Assembly: GCA_048013815.1 (NCBI GenBank)
Contig: CM106585.1
Coordinates: 12,524,001-12,588,000, forward strand
Direction of reading: 5' to 3'
Length of the DNA: 64,000 nucleotides
Source: Setoptus koraiensis
Lineage: Eukaryota; Animalia; Arthropoda
The first letter of the stretch is position 1; each line of letters begins with the position of its first letter. Under the pieces are notes generated by a model. That model was given only the letters and a program-made list of their open reading frames with translations, ran no database searches and had not been told where the DNA came from. Shown here in pieces: positions 47,916 through 60,691 of this stretch. The position numbers and the translations under genes were made by a program.

Positions 47916-48416
47916 TCAAGCAGTCAGAATTTTATCCAAAACTTTGCCCATAGAGTCCATGTTTTGTTGAGGAAAACTTTTAAATTTGACATCATTCTTG
48001 CTAATTGAGATCAACGATTCTTTTAATCCTCGAACATCACAAGACATCAGATATTTGTCTTCACTTAATTGATGGGCTAGCTCGAGTTGATGGTTATCCA
48101 TGAGATCCTCGTTCGTCACAACCAGTAATTTTTTTCCTTTCCGCAATACCTCCAAACAGGTCCCAGCACCAGCGTGACCTACTACTAGATCTGCTTTTTC
48201 AATATCCTCATCTAGGGAATGTTTATACTGATATACCTCAGTTTTAATGCCTCGCAATCTTGGAAGAGATTTCAAGAGTTTAGTGGAACTGCCGCCTTGT
48301 ATTATGAGAGTTGTGTAATTCAGATCTTTCAATGTTTCTAATAAATCAGCATCTAAAATTGCAGCAACCAACTTATCGAATTTCGTCGTACCTACGGTGA
48401 CAAATATGGTTTTCAT
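47916..48416 (-). CDS. ALG13: UDP-GlcNAc transferase subunit ALG13 (short glycosyltransferase-only form), intronless
   Basis: MKTIFVTVGTTKFDKLV, ADLVVGHAGAGTCLEVL, LMDNHQLELA. Confidence 0.93.
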   Translation of the reverse strand: MKTIFVTVGTTKFDKLVAAILDADLLETLKDLNYTTLIIQGGSSTKLLKSLPRLRGIKTEVYQYKHSLDEDIEKADLVVGHAGAGTCLEVLRKGKKLLVVTNEDLMDNHQLELAHQLSEDKYLMSCDVRGLKESLISISKNDVKFKSFPQQNMDSMGKVLDKILTA

Positions 48417-48818
48417 TCTGAAATACAGTGAGAAGGCCTGGATTGCAAAAAATTTTATCCTAAAAATACTGGATGTGACCTCACTTTTTTCATACTGTCT
48501 GTGAACACGCACAGTATACCCGCTCGTCCGCCGCCTGCCCAGATGAACAACTTTTCGTCTCTGTATGGCATGATACAGGTTTCGCACAGCATTCAGATGG
48601 CATGCACCAACTGACCAAATTACCCAAAAATGCGAACCTGAGATTGGGTCTAGAGATGGTTCACCATTCAGCCAACATGGCAAACTACTTGAAGATAATC
48701 AAGCGGTAAGCGAAGAATCTGAGAATAAAGGCCAAGGTGATTAAGGAAATGAGGCAAGAGCGGTTTTTAAATTTAGTATCGAGTCTTACAACACGATCAT
48801 TTTATGTTAATTAGTAAA

Positions 48819-49211
48819 TTATGATGAATCTTCAACGTTCTCTGTCTGAAGGCCTTTGAAAGAGGCAACAGGGACGTGTTGGACAAGGGTGTATAATTTG
48901 TGGATGCTCTCTTCATCATCATTACGCTTTCTGGACAAGCGCACCCTGACTCTGTAAGGTACGTTCTTGATTCCATTTGACCAAATGAATTTGTTAAGCC
49001 TAGTGTCAATTCGTACATCGGGTGTTCCGAATTGTTTTTCGGCAAACTCCTTGATTGCTTTGATAGCTCTTGGAGCACGCTTCTTGAATCCTATACCATG
49101 AATTCTTCGGTGAATGTTGACCGTGTATTCACGGGTGGCTACCTCATTCAATGTCCTGTTGACAACAGTTTTGCCAGATTTAGCGAGGCCCTTGCCCTTT
49201 CCAACAGCCAT
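48819..49211 (-). CDS. RPL31: 60S ribosomal protein L31, intronless
   Basis: [32 protein letters not shown]...[30 protein letters not shown]. Confidence 0.97.
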   Translation of the reverse strand: MAVGKGKGLAKSGKTVVNRTLNEVATREYTVNIHRRIHGIGFKKRAPRAIKAIKEFAEKQFGTPDVRIDTRLNKFIWSNGIKNVPYRVRVRLSRKRNDDEESIHKLYTLVQHVPVASFKGLQTENVEDSS

Positions 49212-49775
49212 TTTTAGATTTTATAATGGGTTGTTAATAAATTGTGTAAATAGGTGTCCTTTTAATTGAGATTAATTCTTCTCTGAAGAACAATTATTTT
49301 CTATGAAAGTAATGAGAATGAAGCGGTCCGATGACGAGCGAGTGGATGCATGGAATAGATAAGAAAGAATCGCATAAGGAGCACATGCATTGACGGAAGT
49401 TTAGATTGTTCATTCCACCAGGTGGCGTTCAAAACTTTCGGCGCATTTTTCAAAGTGCAAAAAAAGTGTTGTCTATTCCAAGAGGCGCCTTTCCTCAATG
49501 TCACACAATGAAATGTTGGCGAATGATTATAAAGCGAAGACAAACATGTGAGAAAAACATGTGAATACTTATGATTCGTAAAACAAAACACTATCCAGAT
49601 TATCGGGACAATTGCAGCATCTCGGTCCCTTTTTATCCACATTTCGATTATTATCTCAAATTATACAATGATACATTGTAAATATCTTACATTGTATCTC
49701 ATTCGCCACAAATCACTATATTGCGCCCATCAGAGGAATCTATGAATTAGAAGGATACACTTATTTCTCGAGGAC

Positions 49776-50966
49776 ATGTCTACAAAAATCGCTCTGGGTC
49801 CTCTGAGGAGTATAGTGCGACCACTTCAACACTACAATCTCACTAATGAGTCAATAGCAAAAAGAATAATTGATATTATTGATCCAAAAGATTCAACACT
49901 CATAGTTCCTTACAGTGGCTATCCAGGTGTGTTTGGCAAAACCCTGTTGAGCTCAAACTATGACAAGCTATTACTGGGTATAGGCAATAAGTCGTTGAAA
50001 CCAGAGCTTGAGGTTTGTATGGAATGTTTACAGTCACCAGCTGATCACTATTGTCCCGGTGAGAATCTAGGCTAATCCAAATTTACTCTGCACCTTCTAT
50101 GTTTTCCTACACCTTTCTAGAGTTATGTCAAAACTAATCATTATAGGAGGAATATCGAAGTATTAGAGCACGATATCCTAGTCAAATCATTCAATGTGAG
50201 ATGCCAACTAACCCAAAATGTGATTCAAAACTCATTGTCAGGATGCTATCATGAGAAAGACTGGAAAATTTTGACCAAAAACAAATTCATAATACCTCTC
50301 CTCAAAAGCAAAGCTGAGGCCTCGTTTTTGACGAGTCTGTATTACCAAATGGCTTACAGAAATGGTCTTCATGGCAATGGAAGGACAGAGTTTTTCATGT
50401 TTCTATCTGGTCGCCAAAACATATATCTGAACGCGAAACCCTCCCTGAACCTTCTATACTATCGTAGCAATACAGTTTTATACAATACTGTTTTCGATAT
50501 TCAAGTTTTAGACAGCATGGACCTCAGGGAGGCATTCGATATATCTTTGAGGAAAATTCAAAAAATACGTCTACCAACTGACCACCCAAGATCAGATTTA
50601 TATAACAGAGTACATTTGGTCAAGTTAACACCTAAATGCGACATTTTTGAGCGATTCAGTCCAAACACATTATTGGAATATAGGTTCCTTGTTAAACAGT
50701 GTATGCATAAACGCACTACGTTAGTGGTGCCATTTATGGAGCGATGGTTTCCCAATTGTAGACTTGATTTGTACACAATAGGATTCGATACGAGAAAAAG
50801 ATTTGGTGATATGACATGTGATGATCTAACAAAACTTTATATGTATGTCAGCACTAGGCCAGATTATCACATGTCAACGATGCAAGCAGCAGCCTCTTCG
50901 ATTGAAGGAACAATTCAAGAACAAGAAGAGCCTCAATTTATAGACATGAGATATGAATTTGCCTAG
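49776..50966 (+). CDS. TFB2M: Mitochondrial transcription factor B2-like (KsgA fold), 2 exons (49776-50012, 50121-50966)
   Basis: Degenerate SAM motif (YSGYPGVFGKTLL), GRTEFFMFLS, YYRSNTVLYNTVFDIQ, LVKLTPK, FLVKQCMHKRTTLVVPFMERWFPNC. Divergent, so moderate confidence. Confidence 0.7.
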
Positions 50967-51253
50967 ATAAATTAGATCTAATATGTAGAGATGTCATTTT
51001 AAAAGTGCCAGTTTTCTGACATTGGTTTATTGTTGTCGTCAGAAACTCGCTCAATCACCTGTAAATCGCATACATGTATTTTATTGTCTATCTAATATCA
51101 TGTACTATTTTGTGCTAAATTTTCATGGTTTCTGACATGATTGATGGTTTTGTTGTAGTTCGTCGTCTAACTTTAAAGCCTCTCGACCTTGCGCGACGTT
51201 ATTAAAAAATCTACATAATTTTACATGTATCAAGACTAATATACAAAACATGA

Positions 51254-54070
51254 TCAGGAGTGAAGACCTTGCCAAGAATTGTATTCCAACTGATCGTTAC
51301 TGGAAAACCCCATGGACGCTTCTCGCGATGGACCGACATTTGCATTATGTAACAATTGATTAGGAGCGGCGGATGGATTTGTCTGGAAAGCATAATTACT
51401 ATTTGTTGTATTTTGATTATCATTGACCAAATCAATCAATGTGTCAATGATATTATTATCATTATTAGTTGTTGTTGAGTTGGTGTTTTGTTGTATTTGC
51501 TGTTGTTGCTGCTGACTATATTGGAATTGAACATTATGACTTTGATTCAGTTGCGATTGATTGGCGGCATGAGGCCCTATGGCCGATGTTGTAACCAAGG
51601 TTAATCTACCATCTGACGTCCTGTACATACCTGACAGGGACTGTTGATTGACACTGTTGTTATTAGGCAGACTACTGGGGCCACCATTATTAAAGTCACC
51701 ATCTAGAAAGAAGCTATTCAATAGATTAGAATTGTGACTACTCGGATTAATGCAAGTCGCAACCACCTGTCGTTGATTCGACGAAACATTATTGGCACCG
51801 TTCACCAAGGTCAGCAGTTGATTGCCTCTAGAATGCTCCAGAGGGGGTCTTTTAGTATTGTTATTGGCCAATGATTGACACATGGAGTTTGTGGATACCT
51901 TATCCTGGCCTAGAGATCTATCTTGGATTGTCATCAATACCTCAATCCGTTGAGCATCATCTCGCTTATTCTTGCCATTAGCTTGTGCCATTTTTTGTTG
52001 TTGTTGTCTCTGAGCATTCTTGTTTGCATCATCTGCCGTACATAATGTTTGACTAATAGGCACTTCATTGTCAATTATCAGTTTCTTTCTGAGATTATCG
52101 AAATGTTTAGATGTGTTGGCATCGTACTGTGTTGACGAAAAAATCTTAATTGCGGTTGATGAGTTGGGAGTCCTCAGCTCGTTAGATTGCCCCCTTGACG
52201 AACTGCACGAAGACACATCTCTTTGGTTGGTAGTCGACTTGGTCTGTTGTTTTTGTCGCTTGTTTGAAGTGACAGCAAGTGTACAAGCTGGTGCCACCTG
52301 AAGATTGACCCCACTTGATGTGGGAGTTGATTTTTTTGGTAACAGTCTCCTATTGGTATTGGCAGTGGTGATTTTCGGTGTGCCATTCTCGCGAGTTCTA
52401 CTTTCATCCGATTGTAATCGTTGCAAATAGTTGCTATCATATTCTGTAGTCCTCGTAGTTCCTGAAGTGTCACGAGATACGCTCAATACATTGGTGTTGC
52501 TGGCTTGTTTCTTACTTGATGATGTAGCATTCGCCTTGTTAACTTTTTTATTATTCCCTGAATTGTCCTGCAGCAGTTTTCGTTGTTTAGCTGTTTGTTT
52601 TGATGCGAGTGATGTACTATTGCGTTTCTCTATATTGTCTTTGTTGTTGGGTGTAGGTCTCTGATTAGTATTATGATGTTGTTGTATTGCACTACTTTGT
52701 TTTATGCTATTGTTGTTGGTCTTGCTGGATAGTGATATAGAAACAGTTTGATTGTTCGAATGTTGGCCTTGCTGGTAATGCTGGAGTTGTTGTTGGTGTT
52801 GCTGTTGTTGGTGCTGCTGGGTCAAAGGTGGTGAATTGGTCATGGGTTGAGGGTGCTGAAATAAATTGGTTGTTATGTTGCTGTTTTCATTATGATAATT
52901 TGAACTTTCGTTGAATGTATTCCCAGAGAGCATCATATTTAAATATTGATCATTAGCGGTAATACTAAAATCGCTGAGATCATCGCTATTAAAATCATCG
53001 TTTTCTAAAAAATGGTTTATTTGGTCCTCGTTGTTGTGATGTTCTTGCTGGCTGGTAATAGCATTGATATTATTATTATTATTGCTATTGCTGTTGCTAT
53101 TACCATAATTGGTATTGCTCGAAGATAAACCCCTAACACAATTTATATTTTCATGACTCTCATCGATGACTTGATAACTTTGAGTATCAAGCGTCGGATA
53201 ATTCAAGCACCTATTCATGAGATTATTGCAAACGGATGATATTCTATTCATATCTTTATGACAATCATTGTTAGACTGCTTACTACTGCTATTACTATTT
53301 GTAGTGGCTGTCTTTTTGCCAATGGCACTCGACAAATAAGTCGCTTTTTTGCTCTCATTGTGTGCTTTGTGAGACCGGAAATTGAAGCAGTTCGATGGAA
53401 ACAATTGCTCTTTCTCACTATCTTCTTCATCATCGTAAAATTCAAATTCGTCACCAACCATGTCTGCTCTGTGCTCTTCTTCGTCGTCATCTTCGTCGTC
53501 TAATACATCTTCGTTGTTGTTTTGTGCATCTTGTGTATCAGCTTTATCATTGTCATAGTAACAATTATTATTTGTATCGAAGTATGAAAGATTTTCGTGA
53601 TTCAAAAGATCCGAGAAACTGTTTGAATTGTTTGTCTGTTTCGCCTTATTGGCTGTCGCATCCGTATTGGTCTTGGGAACAGTATTTTTACCGTTGCTGG
53701 ATTTGTTATTACTGTGAATCTGTTTATTACTATTGTTGATGGGATGGTGCTGGTAGTTGCTTGCAGCCAATGAGGATATATTTGCTGAATCAGTATGACT
53801 ATGAATGTGTTGAAACTGTTGAGCAATGGCATTGTGGACACCATTTTGTATTGCACCGGCGAAGTTAGATTGAATTGTTCCGTCTGATTTTGAGGAAGAA
53901 TTTTGCACAGTTAAGTGGTCGGTGTTTGCAGTGGTAGCATCATTGTGACAGAAAGCATTTTGATGAGATGACGGCGCACCAATCTGTTGCTGCTGGTGAC
54001 CTACGGTTGTTTCTAGTGTCTGACTAGTCTGATTTGGATAGCCAGCTTGATTTAGAGCGGCAGCAAAATC
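51254..54070 (-). CDS. Very large N/Q/S-rich coding exon (~940 codons), no recognised domain; possibly a 3' exon of SRF
   Basis: The frame stays open upstream of the ORF-track start (53908) to a TTAG|GAT acceptor at 54070. 2.8 kb without a stop in AT-rich DNA. Confidence 0.65.
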   Translation of the reverse strand, partial: DFAAALNQAGYPNQTSQTLETTVGHQQQQIGAPSSHQNAFCHNDATTANTDHLTVQNSSSKSDGTIQSNFAGAIQNGVHNAIAQQFQHIHSHTDSANISSLAASNYQHHPINNSNKQIHSNNKSSNGKNTVPKTNTDATANKAKQTNNSNSFSDLLNHENLSYFDTNNNCYYDNDKADTQDAQNNNEDVLDDEDDDEEEHRADMVGDEFEFYDDEEDSEKEQLFPSNCFNFRSHKAHNESKKATYLSSAIGKKTATTNSNSSSKQSNNDCHKDMNRISSVCNNLMNRCLNYPTLDTQSYQVIDESHENINCVRGLSSSNTNYGNSNSNSNNNNNINAITSQQEHHNNEDQINHFLENDDFNSDDLSDFSITANDQYLNMMLSGNTFNESSNYHNENSNITTNLFQHPQPMTNSPPLTQQHQQQQHQQQLQHYQQGQHSNNQTVSISLSSKTNNNSIKQSSAIQQHHNTNQRPTPNNKDNIEKRNSTSLASKQTAKQRKLLQDNSGNNKKVNKANATSSSKKQASNTNVLSVSRDTSGTTRTTEYDSNYLQRLQSDESRTRENGTPKITTANTNRRLLPKKSTPTSSGVNLQVAPACTLAVTSNKRQKQQTKSTTNQRDVSSCSSSRGQSNELRTPNSSTAIKIFSSTQYDANTSKHFDNLRKKLIIDNEVPISQTLCTADDANKNAQRQQQQKMAQANGKNKRDDAQRIEVLMTIQDRSLGQDKVSTNSMCQSLANNNTKRPPLEHSRGNQLLTLVNGANNVSSNQRQVVATCINPSSHNSNLLNSFFLDGDFNNGGPSSLPNNNSVNQQSLSGMYRTSDGRLTLVTTSAIGPHAANQSQLNQSHNVQFQYSQQQQQQIQQNTNSTTTNNDNNIIDTLIDLVNDNQNTTNSNYAFQTNPSAAPNQLLHNANVGPSREASMGFSSNDQLEYNSWQGLHS

Positions 54071-54803
54071 CTAATTGTGCGATTGGCCAGATTGTCACAG
54101 AGAGAAAGCGCAGAAATGAGTCAATTAATTAACAAATGACTGATGGTCAAGATAAGTATAGGGTGAAATGGTGCAATTCATCGGGTCGAAATAATAATTA
54201 GGTTGGGAGACGATCTGACACAACGAAATTGTGTACAATGAAGTAACAAAGTAAAAAATGACAAGTTGTGAAGCGAATTTTGCAAACTATTTGCATGCGT
54301 GTTTAATAAATAAACGCCTACGATTGTGTTCTCTTTATAAAGATCCTATTTTAATTATACTCTATTATAGTACTTTTAAATATGTATCATGTATGCAAAT
54401 ATGTCTCGACACACGAAACAAAGAGACCGTTATTAATCATAACAGAATATCAGTTATGAGTGGACACATTTGATGTGTTCACATCGTATCGTAAGTGCTG
54501 TGTAAGTGGTGAAAGGTCATTTGGCATTAATGCATGTCCGTTGGGCCCATACATGTTGAGATGGCACTTAACTGGAAGAACTGATACAATTGCTGTAAAA
54601 CTTTGATATTGCCGTTATGGTGTAACTAAAACAATATTCTAAAGCAAATTAATAATTATGTAAAATAATAATGCTGATAAAATCTATCTATGTGCGATCA
54701 ATGAAACGACGGCAGCAGCAGCAATCCAATTGCTATCGCTATCACGCTTGTTGTCTAAACTACTTATTGCAATGTACACACACAAAATGTATAATTAACA
54801 ATG

Positions 54804-54862
54804 TAATAATAATAATAATAATAATAGTAATAATAATAATATATATATATAATAATAATAAT
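54804..54862. repeat. (TAA)n / (TA)n tract
   Basis: TAATAATAATAATAATAATAATAGTAATAATAATAATATATATATATAATAATAATAAT. Confidence 0.85.
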
Positions 54863-55247
54863 GACAAAAGTATGTTACTTTAGTGTTGCATCATCATGGC
54901 GATCTCTTTGATGTGGCGCAATCATATTTTAGCTGGCAGGAGCAAGAAGCTAAGAGGAAAGAAGTAATGTGAATCAACATAAACGTAACTCTTTTTTGTT
55001 TGTTGCGTAATGTTTCGATGATTGTTTCACACAATGTTCACACGAGATATGTCTGATAAAGTTTCAATAACGGCAGTTCCTGTTGTTACTATAAGCACTA
55101 CTACTGAAAAGTAAATTCTCTCTGGTCTGATCCTATCCGACGCATCACATCACAGCATACAGATCAAATGTTTGTCTATCCAATGTTTTTGGCCCACTTT
55201 TACATGCTGTGTACAGTGTGCTGTCTACATGCAAAATTAAAGCGTAC

Positions 55248-55698
55248 AAAATGGAGGCAACGATCCGCCACTAGATGAGGCATGTAAATTATCGTTCAAT
55301 ATGGAATGAAATGAATGATCCTCAGCGTCCAACGACGACGACGTTGAAACAGACGATGCCGACATAGGTCCGTTATGCATTAAATTCAAGTGTTGATTTA
55401 ATAGATGATCGAAATGATTTGAGCTGTTGTTAGTCGCTCTTGAGTTTGCTTGTTGTTGTTGTGGCGGCTGCTGGCTAGCAGTCTGGCTAGTTTGATGGCT
55501 AGTTGAATTTTGAATGGGATGAGGACCGCGTAAGTCTATAAGGTGACTATTGTGTAATGCAGCTGTCACTCTATGACTGCCACCTAACATTTGTCGGGTG
55601 CCACCCAATTGCTGCTGCTGCTGATGATGATGATGATGACTAGTAGAATGGAATGCGGATGACAGAATTGAATCGCCGCCATCTAATATATTATTAAG
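55248..55698 (-). CDS. Probable internal exon, H/Q/S-rich (LNNILDGG...GGSLPPF)
   Basis: Phase-0 acceptor ATCAG|CTT at 55698, possible donor T|GTACGC at 55247; composition matches the SRF exon-2 linker. Confidence 0.45.
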
Positions 55699-58020
55699 CT
55701 GATTGATTAATGCATTATTTATGAAGAGGGAGTGGGAGATGCAACAAGATTCGAGCAAAACAAACAGCACCGCATCGGACAGATTCATTGATTAGTCATG
55801 TGGTTGAGGAACAATCAGTTCGGGTCAGCAGCCAATCGCAGTTAACATTCAACGGTGCGACAGTTGTTTTATGTGTCGAGCAATGGTGTTGATTGTGGCA
55901 AATGAATTGTTCAAATGGTCCGGTTGTCCGCATATCACACCACCAGCAAATAACACAATTACAAATGTCAACAAGTGGTGGACATAACGATTGACCGCCA
56001 ATGATGACGTGTAGAATTGATTTGATTAGTTTGACATTGCGTCAGTCACACATTAGGTTGGAAGATGGAGAGCGAGAGAGAGAGAGAGTTGAACGGTTCG
56101 GCGGACACGCCAAGATCATGTAAACACAGATACAGTTTCATCACAAATTACAGGATTGAGTGTGTAGTGGACAGATAAGAAACAGGTTGTGAAACATGGG
56201 GTTAGGTTCACGAAAACGACGCACAGACAGACACCCAGAGAGAGCGAGAGATCGCAAGAGTTCAATATTAGTATTAAGTTAGCAATTCAAACAACAAGGT
56301 GTTGTTTCGGATAGAGAAAAACAACAACAACATCAAGGGCCAACGACAAGTGTTGGTCATGGCAATGATGGTGCCCAGCAAACAAATGGACCATTTAACG
56401 AGTGGGAGTGAAAGGTTGAAATTGAAATCGAGATCGCGAGTTCGAGTTTGTGTTTGTGTGTTAGCGAAAAGAGGTGAAAGTGAAAGTTGAAATTTTTTGC
56501 GTTGGCGTACCAGCAACCATAATCACAAACAGGAGAGAATGATGTAAAGAATCAGAATATATAGAGAGAGAACAACGGAGGGCCCGCAGTGGAGAAGGAA
56601 GTTTTAGTTTAGTTTATGTGCGATGGTGAAGATTAAGGAGGTTGGAAATGTTGATTCGATGGTAGTGGACATTAACAATCGAGATGAAGTTGCAGTTAGT
56701 CCGTCAGTGGAGTTTTCGATAGCGTTTGTGGTGGAAACGCAAGCGCCATCAGGTATAAGAGGCAGTGTGAGAGAGAGCAATCATTAATTTGGGTAGCGAA
56801 ACAAAAAATCAAAGGTTCAAGTTAGATAGTTTCAAAAGACAAGCGAGACGGCAATTTAGATAGAAAAGAGAAGAGAGACATCGTAGGCGTGGTATTCATT
56901 TGCATAGAAAGGATAAAATAGAGAGGACACGTAACGTAATAAAAGTTACATAATAGAAGAAGCGGGAAAGGGGAGAAAGAGAGAGAGAGAGCCATACAGA
57001 ATAGAAGGTGAATTGGTTAAGAGTTAGTATGCAGAATCAGGCAATGTATCGTAGGAATGATGGGGCGGGAGTTGTGACATTTCATTTTCAGTTGTTCCAT
57101 GCAGTTTGTGTCCGTGCAAAATCAGAAGATTATCCCATGAATAGTCCATTGTTGTTCCATTAGACATCCGATAGATTGATTCATTAACGATACCGGGGGC
57201 AATAATATGTGTGAGGCCAGTCACAATCGATGTAATCGCAAGTGTTTAGTTGACCAGAATTGTGTCGGGTGCAATTGTGATTGGCATAACAAGTGTAGGA
57301 CGTTGGCAAAAGTTATTGCATTGTATGTATATTTGTTACAGTAGCGGAGTTATTTGCAATTAATAGGTGAATCGATATTGTAGGATGAGATAGCGATTAT
57401 CATTAGTAGAACAGCATCAGCAGGGATAAACAGATTAAAGCAATCGATTGGTAGACCATTTATCATTGATTTTGTTCATGACCCATGTTGCCAAAACAAG
57501 CGACGATAAACAATCCATTGTATCCATTGTATTGAGTCATCACCAATTGTAGCGGCACATTGTAATTTAATTTAATTTTTATGATTTGATTAGAGCGATG
57601 ATGTAATAGTGAGTATGATAGATGATTGATAACGCGGTCCAAAGTATGGCCGATCGGTTGGTTGGGTCGGTTTGGATTGGGAGTCGATCGATCATGGCGG
57701 TTGTTGGATGCATGATTAGATTAGATAGTCGTGCAATAAGCAGGTTAGGTTTTATCCGATTTTGTTGTCGTTGTTTTAATTCGTTCATCAAGAGAATATA
57801 AAGTAAAATAAAAATCAACAATAAAAAAATTAATTATTAGACATATGAAATTGATACTGAACCTGCTTCAAGATCTTGTTCAATCCAAGTATGACAAGCT
57901 ATTGACGTGTGACTATGTCTGGCAGAGTCAGAGTTAGTCTCTATTGAATTTATTTCCAAGTTTTATTAAAGGATTCTATTTGAAGGGGCAAAGATTCTCA
58001 GGCTGGCAATTGTGAGATAG

Positions 58021-58046
58021 TCTCTCTCTCTCTCTCTCTCTCTCTC
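58021..58046. repeat. (TC)13 microsatellite; other GA/TC tracts at 46082-46110, 56070-56090, 56970-56992
   Basis: Direct reading of the sequence. Confidence 0.9.
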
Positions 58047-60691
58047 GAATGGATAGCTCGCTGGATTGTTGGAAGCTTCGAGCGATAGATTATTGAACCT
58101 TGAGGTGACCCCATTCACATCGTGCGCCCTCAATGGGGATCAATAAGGAAGCTGTTCAGAATATTTATGGTTATAATGGCCGACGATGAGTCTACTATTG
58201 AAGACCATCAGTGTTCTGTCCTTTTTTGTCATTCTTGAATGACCAATTGCCCGTTCATGAGCCACAGCCGTTTTTAGTTGGCATAAGTAATAGCCGATGA
58301 TAGAGCCATTTCAATAACCTGGCAGTTCAAGTCATGACCATTGAGTAATTTCTGCGCGAATCTATAAATAAAAAAGCACGGAATCTATTATCTTATACTC
58401 TCAAGATCATTATAGAATCACATAGACAATTGGCCGGTCGATGTTTATACTGACTACCAAAGGTAAACCTATATAAGGTTTCCACTAAAATATAGGTTAG
58501 CGTAGATTCAAATTAACTCATTGAACACAATGCAACTGTTTAAAACTATCGATCATACATAGGACATATTACTGGTAGAGAGACCACCATTGAGCGAACT
58601 CTTTGCGGGTCAGCGAGATTCCTTTTGCAAAATGGATATGGGCTTATATGTTTATTACGGCTTTATTCCACCCACTTAACATAGCCGCTGTCTAATAAAC
58701 TAAAATTTGTAAAGGATATCATGATTCTAGCATCTCGAGAATCTTATTATTATTGTTGGTAAAAAGGACGCTATGTCATATGTTAAGCGTGTGTTTGTGT
58801 GTGGTCTCGGCCAATAAATATCCATAAAGCTCTCTGGTGATTAAATAGTTTGCAAGCAATCGATGCCATATGTGGAACCATTGTGTCCTGAGCCATTCAT
58901 CTAATCAACATATGCAGCCATCTCATCAACACTATCATTGAGATAAGACTGATCCTTCTTCGCAGACAAAAAATATCCTCTTGCTTCTTCTGAGAAAAAG
59001 ACTCACACCCAAAACTATTCTTCAAACACCATCAGCTGATACATTCAACTTGTACCTTTTATACGACAAACTCATGACAGGATTCTCTCATAACAGGTTC
59101 GTCATTCACTGATTGCCAAGAAACTCAGTCTAATCAACTGAATCTCAGTAGATGCGATGATCATACAAAACACAATTAACATCATCAATATGTCGTCTAA
59201 CAATTCTTAATGCAAGCTGACATCTTTGTGCGATCTTCAACCGGACGTACTCGAGACACTTTGCTGTTCCGACTAACTTATGTACTTCCGAACAATAACA
59301 GTGCAATGCTTGTAAGACAGTTGTTCTTGATTGAGTAGATTACAAAGATTGCACATCAACAATCTCAGACTGATAATACTGATTGCATTAGGTTTGCACT
59401 AAAAACGATTCAAAACTCATTGCACAAATGCATTTATTTCATTTTGGCTAACTCCTGTTTCTTGTGCATTTGCAAAATTGAAAGCACTATTTGTCAGAAA
59501 TAAAATTCTTCTTAATTTTCTTTCTAACTTTCTTCCATTCCAATTAGATTTCTCTGCCAAGTTCATGAGTTAAATTTGAGTCTAGCGGACACATGGACGA
59601 ATAGATGCGACTAGAAAGTTTGGCAACTTTCAGCGCTGATAGTCATGATTGGTATTTAGGGGATTCGGCAACAACGGCGATCAGTAAATGGCTAAAGTTT
59701 AGCCAGAAATTTAGTCATTCGAGCTTGCTTGTTGCATCTAGTCTTCGTCACCGACTGTGTAAATGGAGGTGGTAGATGCAATGGAATAAGTTGTTGTGTT
59801 AGTCATAAGTATATCAGAGGCTAAAGTAGTAGCAGCAACAACAACAACAACAACAGCTATAACATGAATTCAACTAATACTGTTGAACTCACTAAATAAT
59901 GAGATGAATTGCTACAGACGCCCACGCGCATAGAATCTTAGAAATGAAAGGCAAAATTGCATGACGTACACTTCAAATGTGAAAATCTCTCAATAGTTTA
60001 TGCATCGGCCCGTTCCTTTACTATCATCATCAACATAGTAGTAGGGGTGGTGGTGCTGGTAGTAGTCTCTGTTTTTGTAGCAAAATCTTAGCAATAGCAA
60101 TGGTAGTCGTTATGATTTTTGTTGTCCTCGTTGTAGTGAATACCTGTTGTTGTTGTTTACTGTACAAATACTTATGCTCACGGGCTATGGTTTCTTTTGT
60201 AAGTATATAGTGATCGTAGTTTAAGTTGGCAAACAAATAATAAAATAACAAACAAACAGATATCACCAATAGCTAACCAACTTTGTTTACCTGTAAGTTC
60301 GGGCTATCTCACATACGCTCAGCCACCATAAAGGAGAATGGACATTTCCAAACGATGATTATTGCGATTTATGTTTCATGTGACAACATTCATTCTGTAT
60401 GATTAATACAACTGCGAACTCAAACTCGCACATCATCTTGGCTTCCTCAAACATCTGCGTTAGAGTGTGGGAACACTCTTACTAGTCGCTATTTGTGGTG
60501 CAAGAAACTATTTAAGTTACATAACAGCTAATCAGTGCGCCCAATACACACATACAGACACTTGCTAATCTAACAATGATAGTAATAATATTGCATATGT
60601 AGCCAAAGGTAGACAACCTGTCAGGTCGATATTTTTTTATATCTATGTGGTATTAAACTTAAATCAAACTCTGGCGCGTTCTATAACTTAC

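Noticed and set aside
54558-54582. ATGGCACTTAACTGGAAGAA, partial similarity to miR-263; also CTATCTGGTAC near 42710 to miR-277
   Set aside because: Gapped or partial matches only, with no precursor hairpin evident.
58465-58500. AACCTATATAAGGTTT...ATATAGGTT, CArG-like palindromes in the putative SRF intron (autoregulation?)
   Set aside because: Not a true CC(A/T)6GG (7-bp core or one mismatch); chance matches are likely in AT-rich sequence.
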